A DNA stretch of 64,000 bases from Octopus vulgaris (GCA_951406725.2 OX597837.1:16554001-16618000); one strand, 5' to 3'; positions 29,201-43,320 are shown, counted from the first letter of the stretch. Translations and numbers: made by a program. The notes: generated from the letters alone by a model not told the origin.

Positions 29201-29854
29201 AGGCCGTATAAATTAACCTTTAAACTTTCATCTACCTCTGCTATGCCTGGTTGTTAATCCAAAAAATAAAGAATATATTTATCAAACAAATGCGTTGTTA
29301 AGCACTCTCTCATTGTTGGTCACTATCGTATCATACGAGTGTGTATATGTATGTAAATATGTATATATACTTGTGGGAGAGTGTGTGTGTATATATATAT
29401 ATATTGAGAAGAAATGAGGTACTCAGAAAATCGGATGGTTTTATATTCACAGATATTTAGTTGTATATTACATGTTTTTATACATCATATAACTTAGATC
29501 ATGTATTAGTGCTTTCTCCCATTCTAGTGGGGTTATATACATATATACACACACACACACGCCTACAATATATAGTGAAAATCTTAATGGTCAAAACAGA
29601 ACCAACCGTTGCAGAATACAAAGTACTAAATACTGGTGGGTAAAGTGAAAAAAGCTTCATCACAAATCGATATTTACAGATGACAATACTGTTTCTTTAA
29701 TACTCTTCAGAAATATGTTGAATTCATACCCCACTCCCAACATGTCTCTCGCTCTCTCTTTATATATATATATATAGGTAAGTGGCGAGTGCTGAACACC
29801 ACAATGATGAATAGCCTTAAAACACACAAATATCCAATATATATACATAGATAC

Positions 29855-30670
29855 ATAGTGGGTGGGACGAAATGAGGTGTTTTTACTGCAAATGTTTATT
29901 ACCTTACAAGTAAATGGCCTTCCCTAAATGTACAAAAACAGAATTTCATCAATAATTAAGATAATTATTGTCGTTCTCTTTGAGCATATAAAAGACAAAT
30001 TTGGCTGAGGTAAAATGAGTAACCCAAGATAAGTTAAATTTGCTTCGTTATTTCCCAGAAAACAGATTCATAAGCATCCCTAGACAGCAGAAAGATCAGA
30101 AATGCCAAAAAATCTTTTAACCATCTAGGTCAAATGAAAGAGGATCAGGGAAAACTGGCACATGATATGAAATTAATGAAACTCGTCTAGCTTCTTCATG
30201 ATGTGTTTGAGTGTCCTCTTCATGACATATTTACTTATCATGCAGTTTAAGAGAAGAAATTATTGAAATTAGACATTACTCATTTCACCTCATTTTAGAC
30301 ATCCTTTTTTGAAACTTGAAAATTACTGAATTAGACATTAATCTGGGAAAAAAACTGACTTGGAATCCAACAGAGAAAAGGATACTGATTGTAAAACACC
30401 AAAAATTATCAAGATATTTGATTAGTAACCTCAATTGCAATCAGATAAAAGTAGAGGAAAATTTTCTTGAAAAGAGAGGAAACTGCCACCTGACTATGTT
30501 TTGGACTCTCAACTTCAGCAACAACTATGGTGACCAATTTTTACTCCTAAAAATGATGCACAGTATAAAATAACAATGCGATATTTGCAGACTTATGATT
30601 TCAAACAAGTAGGGAGAAAATAACAGAAATCAGAAGTTACTCATTTTGCTCCCCACCCCTCACCAATATA
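29855..30670. mobile_element. degraded DNA transposon (TIR-like ends)
   Basis: gggtgggacgaaatgag at the left end and gttactcattttgctccccaccc at the right end, with an internal aaaatgagtaac. Confidence 0.3.
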
Positions 30671-31269
30671 AAATGCAAAACTCATCTGGACCTTTTTAAA
30701 AAAATGGTTTATTTATAAATTTTCTGCAACATATTCTTAAACTATACTTTTCAAAACATATCTCCAGAAAATTCCATTAAAAAATATACACATTTAGGAA
30801 AGTTATATAGAAAAACAAACACAAAGAGGAAAGCAATCTACAGTTATACCACACACACACACACTCGTAATAAATATAATTCTAAATGAACTGTAATTGC
30901 TTGGGTAGAGGACAGTGTTTTAAATTAAATACTAAAAATACAATGCAGGTAGAGACCTTAAAGAGTGACTGACCTTTTCACACACACACACATATATATA
31001 CACTTGTATTCATGGTAATGTGGAATGCATAAATGCATGTAAACACTTAAAAATATATTTATGCAACCGTAGAGTGTATAAATATGTGCACACACATAAT
31101 GTAAGATTTAATAGAAACTTTCAAGTCTTAGCTATATTGTATCTTAGAGCTATACATTAAATGTATATGTTGCACATGTGACTGAATACAAATACATAAT
31201 ATTCACACACACACATATATTTTACTTGTTTCCGTCATTAGACTGTAGTCATACTGGGACACTACCTTC

Positions 31270-31815
31270 TTTCAGTTTCTGTCAACCAAATTTAGAAGAC
31301 TTTGTCGGCTTGAGGCTATAGTTGAAGTTACCTCCCCAAAGGGCCATGCATTGGGGCAGAACCCGGAAGCATGCGGTTGGAAAGCAAACTTCGTACCACA
31401 CAGCCACACCTGCGCATATAACATAGATAGATTGATAGATACAGACATACTGGCGCATGTGTGTGTGGTAAGAAGTTTGCTTTCCAGCCACATGGTTTCA
31501 AGTCCAGCCCCACTGCATGACACCTTGCGCAAGTGTCTTCTATTATAGCCCCAGGCCAACCAAAGCCATGTGAGTGGATCTGGCAAAATGAAACTGAGAA
31601 ACACTCAGTGTGTATTACTATCTCCTTGACTTCACGTGATAGTTGTAAACAAATGTCACCATCATCCAAGAGTTGTCCTCTGCTTCCAGGCTTCCATGGA
31701 AACAGGTGAGCTTTTGTGATAGGAAAGGCACCTGGCTGTAAAAAAACGCATTTCAACAAATTCCATCCAATCCAATCAAGCATGGAAAAGTAGACGTTAA
31801 AAGAATGATTGTGAC
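31270..31815. mobile_element. head-to-head pair of SINE A copies; the plus copy has an RTE-type tail
   Basis: Minus copy at 31270-31416 and plus copy at 31452-31815. Confidence 0.7.
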
Positions 31816-32199
31816 AATGATATACATGGAAAAGTTTAACTATCACTCATAATCAAGTATGACCGAGTAGTTTGTATGCACCATGCTTTAGCTAATTGTT
31901 TTAGGTACCATCTCAGTTGCAAAGAGACCTAGACACACACTCAACCATCTCAGCATTGATCCAGCAGAACACTGACAGTGTGACAGCTGGAGGAGAGAGG
32001 GGTCTGCACCAACACTTAATTTGTACTCATTTTTGGCTGAGTAAACTGAAGCAATGTGAAATACTGTGCCAGCTCAAGGACACAAGGAGCCTTCCAATCC
32101 AAGAAGCAAACTCATGACCTTAACTGTGAGCCCATAAGTATGCATAAATATATCTACTAGTGTATATATACAGACACATACATATACACATATATTTCT

Positions 32200-32560
32200 T
32201 TATCTTGTACTTGTTTCAGTTATTAAACAGTAGCCATGCTGGGGCGCTGCCTTGAAGAATTTTAGTTGAACAAATAGACCAAGTACATATTCTATTAGTC
32301 TTTTTTGCTGAACTGCTAATTTATGGGAACATAAACACACCAACACTGGTTGTGAAGTGATGGTGGGGGACAAACACTGACACACACACATATATATACA
32401 CAACGGGCTTCATTCAGTTTCCGTCAACTAAATCCACTCACAAGGCTTTGGTTGGTCCAAAGCTAGAGTAGAAGACACTTGTTCAAAGTGAAATGCAGTA
32501 GGACTGAACTTGGAACTATGTGGTTGGGAAACAAGCTTCTTACCACACAGCCATGCACAC
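32200..32560 (-). mobile_element. SINE family A, full length with CR1-type tail
   Basis: Tail tacttgtttcagt...gccatgctggggcgctgcc through the tRNA-like head. Confidence 0.8.
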
Positions 32561-33299
32561 TATAAATACATATCACCATTATCCCACTTTTCTATGCCTG
32601 TATGAATTAGCAGGCCCTCTTCAAAGCAGATCCCACCATTTGCACATTCCTTTGTGAAACCCTTTATCACCTTCAGTACTCTGAGATCAGCTTTCACTAC
32701 CCCTGTCTATGCTTTCCTTCCTCATCCACAGTTCCACATAGATACCCTAACGCTTCTTTGCCCAGTTGTCATCTGTACCCACAACATATCCATACTAATG
32801 CAGTCATCTCTCTTGCACATTACATATATTTCTTCTTACGTTTCTGCTTACACCCAGTTTTTATCTCAGCTTTTCTGTGCCATGTTCTTCATACACAACA
32901 TCACACATCCAGCAGAGCATACTTGCTTCATTTCCTTTCAACCTACACACATCTTCTGCATTCAGTGATTGCAGCGCAGTATGTACACAAGCATTGTGCA
33001 ATCAACCCTTTACACAGAGAGAATAATCTTGTCGGGTCAGCAGAAATAATAGCTCCCTGAACTTCCTCTCGCCCTCCCTATTCTTATTATGGCTACTATG
33101 AGATACTAAGGAAACCCAAATACCGTCAGAGATAATTGGATTGCCCCAGTACAAGTGAGTTACCAAAGTAACAGAAGCTATCATCTGCATTCACAGAATA
33201 TTCCAAGTATTGGAAAAAGTTTATTTTGCAGGTGCTCTGGCTGCTAACTACTCCTGCAAGCTGTCACATACAAACTCTTCATTCGTGGCCAGCTAGACT

Positions 33300-34420
33300 A
33301 TCATCATCATCATCATCATCGTTTAGCGTCCGCTTTCCATGCTAGCATGGGTTGGACGGTTCTACTGGGGTCTGTGAAGCCAGAAGGCTTCATCAGGCCC
33401 AGTCAAATCTGGCAGTGTTTCTACGGCTGGATGCCCTTCCTAACGCCAACCACTCCGTGAGTGTAGTGGGTGCTTTTTACGTGCCACCCGTACAGGTGCC
33501 AGACAGAGCTGGCAAACGGCCACGAACGGATGGTGCTTTTTACGTGCCACCGGCACGAGGCCAGTCGGGGCGGCACTGGCAACAGTCGCGAAACGGAAGG
33601 TTCTCTTACATGCCACCGGCACTGGTAACACATCTGCAATTTCCATTGATCGATTTCGATTCTGATCCTCACTTGCCTCAACAGGTCTTCACAAGTAGAG
33701 TTTTGTGTCCCAAGAAGGGAAGGTATGCATACGTAGGCTGGCTCCATCCCATGTAGAAGGCCACGGGTTATGGACTCACTTGTCCTGCCGGGTCTTCTCG
33801 CGCACAGCACACTTCCAGAGGTCTCGGTCTCTAGTCATTTCCTCAGTGAGACCTAAAGTTCGAAGGTCGTGCTTCACCACCTCGTCCCAGGTTTTCCTGG
33901 GTCTGCCTCTTCCGCAGGTTCCCTCAACCGTTAGGGTGTGGCACTTTTTCACACAACTATCTTCATCCATTCTCGCCACATGACCATACCAGCGCAAACG
34001 TCTCTCTTGCACACCACAACTGATGCTTCTTAGGTTCAGCTTTTCTCTGAAGGTACTTACACTCTGCCGAGTATGAGTACTGACATTACACATCCATTGG
34101 AGAATACTGGCTTCATTTCTTGCGAGCTTACGCATGTCCTCAGCAGTCACGGCCCATGTTTCACTGCCATGTAGCATGGCTGTTCGTACACACGCATCAT
34201 ACAGTCTGCCTTTCACTCTGTGCAAGAGGCCTTTTGTCACCAGCAGAGGTAAGAGCTCTCTGAACTTTGACCAAGCTATTCTTACTCTAGCAGTTACACT
34301 TTCAGCACACCCGCCCCCGCTGCTGACTTGGTCACCTAGGTAACGGAAACTATCAACTATTTCTAGTTTTTCTCCCTGGAAAGTGGCGGAAGTTGGTCTC
34401 AGAGCATTTTCAGTGTTTGT
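33300..34420 (-). mobile_element. RTE family 2 LINE, 5'-truncated
   Basis: ORF 33776-34240 RVKGRLYDACVRTAMLHGSETW...RRLRWYGHVARM...GRGRPRKTW, with FRYLG upstream and a (GAT)n tail. Confidence 0.92.
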
Positions 34421-34749
34421 CCAAAGCCCTTTACAGGAACACCAAGACTAGGGGAATCTACTCTCCAGCTAGAGATCTGAACCAAATACTTGCAACAGTA
34501 GACTCCACATAAGGCACCAAAAATGCCTGGTAGTAATGTTAAATCAGGTGATAGATCTTTACTATCCAAATAAGCTATGGTGCAATTTGAACTCAGAATG
34601 CAATTAACCAGAAGAAATACTGCAAGACTTTGATTTAACTTTCTTCCTGTTTTGTCATTCTTCTGTCCTGGATCAATAGTTTTTGCCATCAGCTGTGAAT
34701 GGATAAAATGTAAAGTTTCCCCACGGAATGCAGAGTTCAAGGTATATTC

Positions 34750-34962
34750 TTTTCTACTCTGGGCACAAGGCCCGAAATTTTAGAGGAGGGGACCAGTCGA
34801 TTAGATCAACCACAATATGTAACTGGTACTTACTTTATCAATCCTGAAAGGATGAAAGGCAAAGTTAACCTTGGCAGAATTTGAACTCAGAGCACAAAGA
34901 CAGATGAAATACCGCTAAGCATTTTGCCCAGTGTGCTAATGTTTCTGCCAGCTCCCTGCCTT
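34750..34962 (-). mobile_element. SINE family B
   Basis: Reverse of the family B head and core. Confidence 0.75.
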
Positions 34963-36407
34963 GAGTTCGAAGCATATTATTATCTGGCATTCCAATGACT
35001 GCAAACTTATTGTTTATTGCTTAACTCCAAGGTCTCTTCATTCTAGCTACTAATTCCACATCTACAACTTCTCTACATCTTCCAAAGACACCCCTTTGAG
35101 TAATAGGTCATCAGCATCTTTGAGTCCTCATAGACCATCAATCTTGAACTCTTGTGTTACAGCTCAGAGAATAATAGGAAGAGCATGAGAACTAAACTGG
35201 TTGTAAACTTCATTTCACTCAGACAAGACATTCATCCAAACCCAGTTTCATTAGAGACCACCAGACCACAGCTTATTGTACTTGCCTGGGCCTTATCCAT
35301 TTCTAAGAATGTTTAGTAGAGAAGCTTGCCCTTAGTAAAAAAGAAAAATTGTACATTAATTGTCCAAAAGATATAAAAAAAACCCAAAAAACATCAGTAC
35401 CACTTAGAACTGGTACAAACCCAAACTGCATCTTATCTTAGACGAGTCTCTTCATAATCAGTTACACTATGATTGTACTTATTCACTTTCATAAGTTAGT
35501 CCATCATTTGGTACATCTATAAGATGCTTCTTTCTAGAACATTCACATTGCCTTTGTGGCAATTGGTAATGATACTGCAATGTCAATCATTGGGAATGAC
35601 ACCTCCAAGTATCATGCAGTCAACAATGAGATTGAACAGCTTAAGTACTAAACACACATATGTGTAGCTTAGCTATACATAAACATACATAGATATGTGC
35701 ATGTGTGTGTATATATGTTGTTCCTTGGCTGGCCAGCTCTATGTCAAACTGTCCATCCCATGCCAGCATGGAAAACGGATGTGAAATGATGATGATGTGT
35801 GTGTGTATAGGTACAGGCATGAATATGCACAGGCATCAGCAATAACCACAGGTATGCTATGTACTAAGAAATTTGCTTCAGTCTCACTATGTACTACCTT
35901 GGCCAAGCTAAGACATGTGAGTGGATTTGGTAGATGGAAAGTAAAAGAAGTTCATTATCATGTGTTTCTGTCTCATTGCCTTGACAACATGAAGGATGTC
36001 CAGCTGTAGAAAATCTGCTTCAATAAATTCTGTCCAACTCATACAAGGATGGAAAACTGAATGACAAAACAATGATGATATTTACACACACACACATCAT
36101 TATTATTTAATGTCTGCTTCCTTTGACATGAACTGGCAAGCCAGAGCACTGTGCCAGCCTCTGGTGCTTAATTTGGCATAGTTTGTACAGATGGATGCCC
36201 TTCCCAACACCAATCACTTTTATAGCATGTACTGGGTGCCTTTTATGTGACACCAGCAAGGTCACCAAGTAAATCACACGTCAAAACTGAAGAGGCAATA
36301 ACTAGTGAGCAGAGGTGACTCTGTGCCAGATGATGAAAGGTCAGAGTATGATAGAGGGATAAAAACAGTGCCTTGCAGTAGAGGAAGAACATGGCTACCC
36401 CAACTGG

Positions 36408-36442
<35 letters not shown>

Positions 36443-37227
36443 AGTAAAGAAAATTATATGGGCATACATTCAAGTTACAAGAGGGTGTATAAAAGTGATG
36501 TAATAGAAGGCAGGAAACAAACACTGCTTTCCTGGTGGTGATGTTCATTTACAACCATCAAATATATATATGTAATTAAAAAAATGACAAAGAAACAAGA
36601 AATTATGCAATGAACTTAATTAGCATACAATGAAGGCACTTCATTTTCGAAGCTCTGAGAAAGATATAAGGTGATGCACATGCCCTCAGTGCACTGCATC
36701 TTACAGCAGAAACAGCTGCATGCTAATGAAGGCCATTGCATAATTTCCTCTTTTTGCCTAAGTGAAAATATCTCGTTTCTCTGTTTTTTTCGTTGTCCGA
36801 AAAAAAAGTTCATTTCTGTTTTCGTTTCTCATTGTGTTCAACATTTTTTTGATGTCCTGTACCCATATATATACATGCATATATACATATATATGTAGGT
36901 ATGTACATATATGTATGTATATATTTCTATATTGTTTATATTATTATAAATAGAAATACATACATATGGATATGTTTACACATATCTGTCACCTTTAACT
37001 TGTTTTAGTCATTGGACTGCAGCCATACTGGGGCTTGATGAGTTTTATTACAGATACCCATCAATCTTTTTTGCTGAACTGCTAAATTATGGGTTGTAAA
37101 CAAATGAACAATGGTGGTTGACTTCAATGGTTTAATTCATGCCAATGAAGAAAATGGATGTTAAGTGATGATCATATAATAACTACATATACATACACAC
37201 AAACATGAACATATATATATATATATA

Positions 37228-37598
37228 TTCTTTTACCTGCTTCAGCCACCTGACTGCCACCATGCTGGAGCACCACCTTCAGTCAAACAACTCAACCCCA
37301 GGACTTATTCTTTGTAAGCCTAGCACTTATTCTATCAGTCTCTTTTGCTGAACCTCTAATTTACGGAATTACGGGGACATAAACACACCAACATTGGTTG
37401 TCAAGTGATGGTGGGGGACCAACAAACACACATGTATATATATATATACGACGGGCTTCTTTCAGTTTCCATCTACCAAATCCACTCACAAGACTTTGGT
37501 TGACCCGAGGCTAAAGTAGAAGATACTTGCCCAAGGTCCCATGCAATGGGACTGAAACCAGAACCATGTGGTTGGTAAGCAAGCTACTTAATACACCC
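37228..37598 (-). mobile_element. SINE family A, full length
   Basis: CR1-type tail, body and head all present. Confidence 0.82.
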
Positions 37599-39278
37599 AT
37601 TATATATATATATATATATTATCATCATCATCGTTTAGTGTCCATCTTCCATGCATGAATGGGTAGGACGGTTAACAGCCAGGTAGAAAAACTACCCTAG
37701 GCTACTGTCTGTTTTGGCAGGGATATTATGGCTGGATGCCCTTCCTAACACCAACCACACAAACAAACATACACACACATATATACATACGTATTTATTT
37801 CATTGAAATTGGAACAGAAGTTGGTACTTTTCATATTAAGAAGTACTCAATACAAAAAGACATCATTATCATTTAATATCTTTTATGCTGGCATGGATTG
37901 GATGCTTGTACTCACACACACATACATACATACCATATATATATATATATATATATATATGAATGAACATAGTCAGTACAATTTTAGTTCATCGTAGAAA
38001 GATATTAAATTAATGAGAGTGCACAACAACTAAAGAAGTAGTAGGTGCAATGACTTTGTATATGTAAACAAATGGGAAGAATGGGTCACAAAGAAAACAT
38101 GGAATAATTATGTAAGTCACACAGATAGAACATCGATTTTCAAGAACCTTTGCTTCCAAAGCCTTCCCGGATTACCGATGTTTCCGAATCAGGTATGGTC
38201 ACCTTCGTCAATACACACCAATTTTCCTTAAGTAATTAAATAAAATACAGGTACCTATACATTAATATAAATTAGTGTGGATTAAAAGAGATTCCGCACA
38301 ATTAGCGTCCGGAATAAGGCCTGACTGAGGAGAAATCTATGATAGAAGACAACCCAACCATAATCATCCAGTCTTTTTCTCTCTCCAGACTTTGTGTGTA
38401 GCAGACTTCCTTAAGATGGTAGATTGTGACTTGATGGAAATTTGGGGTTTTGTCGAGCCACTTCTTACAGGCTCTCACGTCGACCTGAGTGTGTGTGTGT
38501 GTGTGTAGGTAGATACACAAGAATGGATATGTAGATAGATAAATAGATAGGTAGACATAAAATAGAGAGGTAGGTATATAGTTAGACATCAATGTAAATA
38601 TTACACAATCCTGCGATCAGCAAGAATCACTGAGGTCGAAGTATATTAGAAAAGGTTTCAATCAAGACACCTAAGACAAACGCATATACAAGACTTGCAT
38701 ATCATTACATACACAGTGTGTGTATATATATATATATATACACACATACATATCTGTACATATATGTAGACACAAACATGTATATACACACACACACACA
38801 CACACAGAGGTTACCAATGGCGGCGGGCAAGGCATCAAATCCTACACACACACACACAAGACAACAGCCGAGTGTTTTTTGGTGCAGTATAAAATTTAAA
38901 CTAGCGATCGAACATCAGTTAGTGCATTGTAATTGTTATATAAAGTTGTAATTCATTAAAATGTAATTACTGTGAAAACTATATTTTTTTCTTACAGTAA
39001 ACAGAACTTTTGTGGGATTTTTTTTGTTAAGATAAAAAGAAAACTTAGACAACACATCAAGTCACTAACAACACGCGTATACAAACACATTTGTGTGAGT
39101 GTATGTGTACATCCCTGTGCATATATACTCAAATATATAATTATTTATACTCATATGTGTGTGTGTATATACATAATCATATAAATACGTATACATTTAA
39201 TCTTATATATATATATATATACACACACACACAAGACGTAAGTAAATATCTGAGTACGTATATAATCTTATAAAGCTG

Positions 39279-39341
<63 letters not shown>

Positions 39342-39472
39342 TGTTTGCCTGTGTGCCTAAGCGTGTACCGAATAGGGTCTTACACATTGTGCAAAACCAT
39401 CAAGAAAATATACATAAAATATTATTAGTCAAATAATAATAATATTTAACTAATAATAAAATATATCCGAAA

Positions 39473-39526
<54 letters not shown>

Positions 39527-39786
39527 CGAGAAAAAAGAGAGAATGAGTGAAAGGGAGGAAGAGAGAGAAACGCAGATATTTTCATAGGAAGCTTTACAAA
39601 ATAAAAATATAAACATATATGTAAGTAATAATATATATGTATGTCTAAAAAGAAATATACACGCATCATGTGTGAAAGTGAATGACTGTGAAGAAGCATG
39701 AGAGAGAAAATGTCTAGCGCTTCTTCCAAAGAGCAATCTAACTATTATTACAAAGGTTACATATGTATATTGGTCTAAATACTTAC

Positions 39787-39900
39787 CATTTTTGTTGTGT
39801 GAAAATAAAGGGTATAAATGTATATATTTGTAAACTTCGCAAGTCAAATGCGCAGTTTAATAATCAATGAATTATGCATGTAGTTCCCGTTACATTAATG
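39787..39900 (-). other. candidate alternative first exon ending in ATG
   Basis: cacaacaaaaATG|GTAAGTAT gives a strong invertebrate Kozak-like context and a consensus donor; the upstream boundary is unknown. Confidence 0.45.
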
Positions 39901-40049
39901 ATACACGAATGAACTAAAAACTGGTTAAGTGTGTCTATGGATGTATGTGTATGTGTATATACACGTACGGGTTTCTGTATGTGTGAAAATGTGTGAAAAT
40001 GTGTGTGTGTGTGTGTGTAAGGTGAACTGTTTGGTTCAGGGGGAGATAA

Positions 40050-40540
40050 TTCGTAATAGGAACCACGAGAGAAGAAAGGAAGAAAGGAGAATAGAAACGG
40101 AGTTGTAGGTAGGAGAAGGTAATTTAATGACAATGTTAATGGTGATGGTGATTATGATGCTGATGACGAGGAGGAGGAGGAGCTGAAAGGAGGAAGAAAA
40201 TAAAGGAAAGGTTTGTTTAGAGAATGAGTGGAGAAGTAGTATAATGATGAAGGAGAGGGAAAAAAGCGAGAAGAAAGGAAATAAAGAGAGAGGATGAGTG
40301 AATGGTAGTACGAGGATAGGCGAGAGGAATTGGAAGAGGGACAGCCGAATGAAAGAAGGAGGCTTACTTAGACTATGGTGGTAACAAGATTTGGTTGAGA
40401 GGAGAAGGAAGAGCGAAGAGAAGAAACAGAAAGAGACATATAGAATGATGAAGGGGAGGAAAAGTAAAGTTGAGAAAAGGGGAAGATTGGAAACTTGGTG
40501 TGCTACGTCACCGAAATATGTGTTGACGTCGTAATCCGCG
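40050..40540 (-). promoter_or_regulatory. candidate promoter: purine/pyrimidine-skewed tract with CRE-like sites
   Basis: GA-rich low-complexity tract; tacgtca (40504-40510) and tgacgtc (40524-40530) in a CpG-rich patch upstream of the 39787 donor. Confidence 0.25.
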
Positions 40541-40567
40541 AAAGGTTACAGTTGTGATGTTCATGTG

Positions 40568-40926
40568 TGTAGTCGTGTTTGTGTGCTGAGAGGTTTGTTT
40601 TCTAATGACATAGTTTTAGGTTTAGGCCTTGTGCGTGGCATCCTGGGCAGGTATCTTCTATAGCCTCGGGCCGACCAAAACCTTAAGGTGTATGAATTTG
40701 GTGGACAGAAACCGAAAGAAGCTTCTCGTGTATGTGTGTCCCACTGCCGCTTGATAGCATGTCATGGTTTGTTTTTGTCCCCATAATTTCGCTGTTCGGC
40801 AAACCACATCGATAGAATAAGTAGCAGGCTTAGAAGTACTGGGCTCGAGCCGTTCAACTAAAAACTCTTCAAGGCGATGCCTCAACATGGCTGCAGTCCG
40901 ATGACGGAAACGATAGAAGATAAAGA
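40568..40926 (+). mobile_element. SINE family A, full length
   Basis: Head, CORE-like segment ctgggcaggtatcttctatagcctc, and CR1-type tail. Confidence 0.75.
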
Positions 40927-41320
40927 AGCGCACCTCTTAAACGGCTTCAAGAAATCCGGGAATACTGTGCGATATCATGCAATATACTGTACTGTGTATT
41001 TAGTAAACAAACCGTTTCTGAAGTTGCTTAATTTGAATACGGTGTGTTAAAAATAGTTTTACTCTTTCTAAAATAGATTGCTTAAAATTGAACACACTCT
41101 GCTTTAGAATTGTATTAATTTGTTTATGTATCTGTTAAATAAAATTATGTTCTTTACATTTGCTTTTAATTTTCATTCATGGTACACTATGTTACATATT
41201 TATTAAGAAATTTTAGTGGATTAATAAATATCAAACAGACACTACCGTAGAAGTGTATTAATTTGAATCTATTAAAAAAATTTAGTCCTTTACTTTTCGT
41301 AGTGTGCTTTATATTTGTAG

Positions 41321-41468
41321 ATAACTGTGCGAAGTTGTGCTTCCCAACCACATGGTTCCGAGTTCAATCTCACTGCGTGGCGCATTGGGCAAGTGTCTCT
41401 TACTATTGACCTGGTCCGGTCAAAGTCTTGCGAGTGATTTTGTCAGACGGAAACCCAAAGAAGCCGTC

Positions 41469-41507
<39 letters not shown>

Positions 41508-41880
41508 TCAGCCGAAATTGCTAAGATGATCCGGTTCTTGACTGAAGATTGAAGGCTTCGAATGTCCCGTCCGTGTTTTTTGTATCGTCTTCTAAATGTT
41601 TCACGTTCTTGTCCCAGTTTGTATTTTTTTACATTTACATATATATATATACACACACACACACACGACGATGTGTGTGTATATATATATATGTATATAC
41701 ACACACGACGATGTGTGTGTGTATCTTTGTTTGTCTCCCATCTCCGGTTTATATTCCTGTTAGAGGTTCGGTTAAAGACAGAATAAGTATTAGATTATAA
41801 GAGATAAAAAGGTGCTGAGGTCGATTCGTTCGACTAAAATCCCAGCCTCAGTCGAATAACCGAAACACGTAAAAAATATA
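41321..41880 (+). mobile_element. SINE family A interrupted by a Penelope-like fragment (about 41505-41640)
   Basis: The head and tail are separated by (TA)n and a ctgaagattgaaggcttcgaa segment. Confidence 0.65.
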
Positions 41881-41881
41881 C

Positions 41882-42619
41882 GGCATATAGTTTCGGTTGT
41901 AGTAGCACAGATTTCCGTCGATTTCCGTAAAAAACTTTTATTTTTTTACATAAGTAATGAGAGCGAAAGAGACTAAGAGGAAGCGATTTTACGACGAGAA
42001 GGTTTCACTTTGAAGTCGGCCTGTGTGTGTTTGATGGGGTGTGGGAGACAGACAGTATGTTGTGTAAGTGAAGTGCTTCTGTTAGTGTGTGTGAAGAGAC
42101 AGACATACATATACACATACACCGAGTAAAAAATTACTATGAATCGGCCATACATACATACATACACACACACACATACATACATACATACACACACACA
42201 TAGATACATACACACACACACATACATGCAGACATACATATACACATACACCGAGTAAAAAATTACGATGAATCGGCCATACATACATACATACACACAC
42301 ACACATACATAGATACATACACACACATACATGCATACATACATATACACATACACCGAGTAAAAAATCAGTTATCTCTCTCTTTCACACATTACTCTCT
42401 CTGTCTCTTCACACACACTAACAGAAGCACTTCACTTACACAACATACTGTCTGTCTCCCACACCCCATCAAACACACACAGGCCGATTTCAAAGTGAAA
42501 CCTTCTCGTCATAAAATCGCTTCCTCTTAGTCTCTTTCGCTCTCATTACTTATGTAAAAAAATAAAAGTTTTTTACGGAAATCGACGGAAATCTGATCTA
42601 CGACATACGAAACTTCGCC
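41882..42619. mobile_element. non-autonomous foldback DNA transposon, Merlin-like
   Basis: GGC...GCC termini, a perfect 8-bp TSD aaatatac (41874-41881 and 42620-42627), near-perfect inverted arms of about 200 bp and internal tandem repeats of about 120 bp. Confidence 0.85.
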
Positions 42620-43112
42620 AAATATACAAAAGCGAGATATTTAGAGTCTCCCAAAACAAATAAAAATTGGGAAATACAGAAATCTGGACACTTCCGGTTT
42701 CAAGCTTGCCGGATTTTTGGCCTGATACTCTACTACATCATTAATTCGGTTTCGGAAAGGAAAAAGTTTTGCCAGTTTTAAAAAGCTGTATTGATGTGGG
42801 TGAGAGAAGAGAAGATTATACATGTCAGTGTCATTATAGCAGTGATACACACAAATCTGTCAATTTACATTTTTTGTTAGCCAACATCGAAGACATACAC
42901 ATGCCCCTGTTTATTATAAGTGTGCAACGATCAGAAATAGGGCAAATACTAAGAATTCCCTTTTGTTACTAAATTCAAGCTATGTAATTTTTTATTTTAA
43001 AAAATCTATTTTCTGATTCCGTCTTTTTTTGGTTCCGGAGTTTCTATTGTTTTCGTTTTAAATAAATAAGTATTCTATTCGCAATAACACCGATCTATCT
43101 AATGTGTGTGTG

Positions 43113-43144
<32 letters not shown>

Positions 43145-43158
43145 TATATATATCTTTA

Positions 43159-43320
43159 CTAGGAAAGGCCGGTTTATGGGATTACTTTGAGTTTCCCGTC
43201 CATAAATGGTTTAATTTTATGGCTTATCGTCAGACCCCAAAACCTGTTGGCTAAAACTGCTCGCGACAACTTAGAGTGTGATTCTTCTTCGGATTTATGT
43301 TTTCTACAAATGATATAGAT
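43159..43320 (-). mobile_element. short Helitron-like element
   Basis: CTAG|T end with a degenerate hairpin; a related copy lies at about 53178-53283. Confidence 0.4.

Noticed and set aside
35250-35620. Possible coding fragment
   Set aside because: It looks like a heavily decayed LINE RT end with no open frame and too little signal to assign.
38165-38215. Minus-strand hammerhead (TTGACGA...GAAA...GTA)
   Set aside because: C3 is mutated, there are extra bases before GAAA and stem I is weak; at best it is a decayed Penelope remnant.
41973-42356. Regularly spaced ccgagtaaaaaatt repeats resembling a CRISPR array
   Set aside because: The spacers are near-identical microsatellite-rich units inside a TIR element, there are no cas genes, and the context is eukaryotic.
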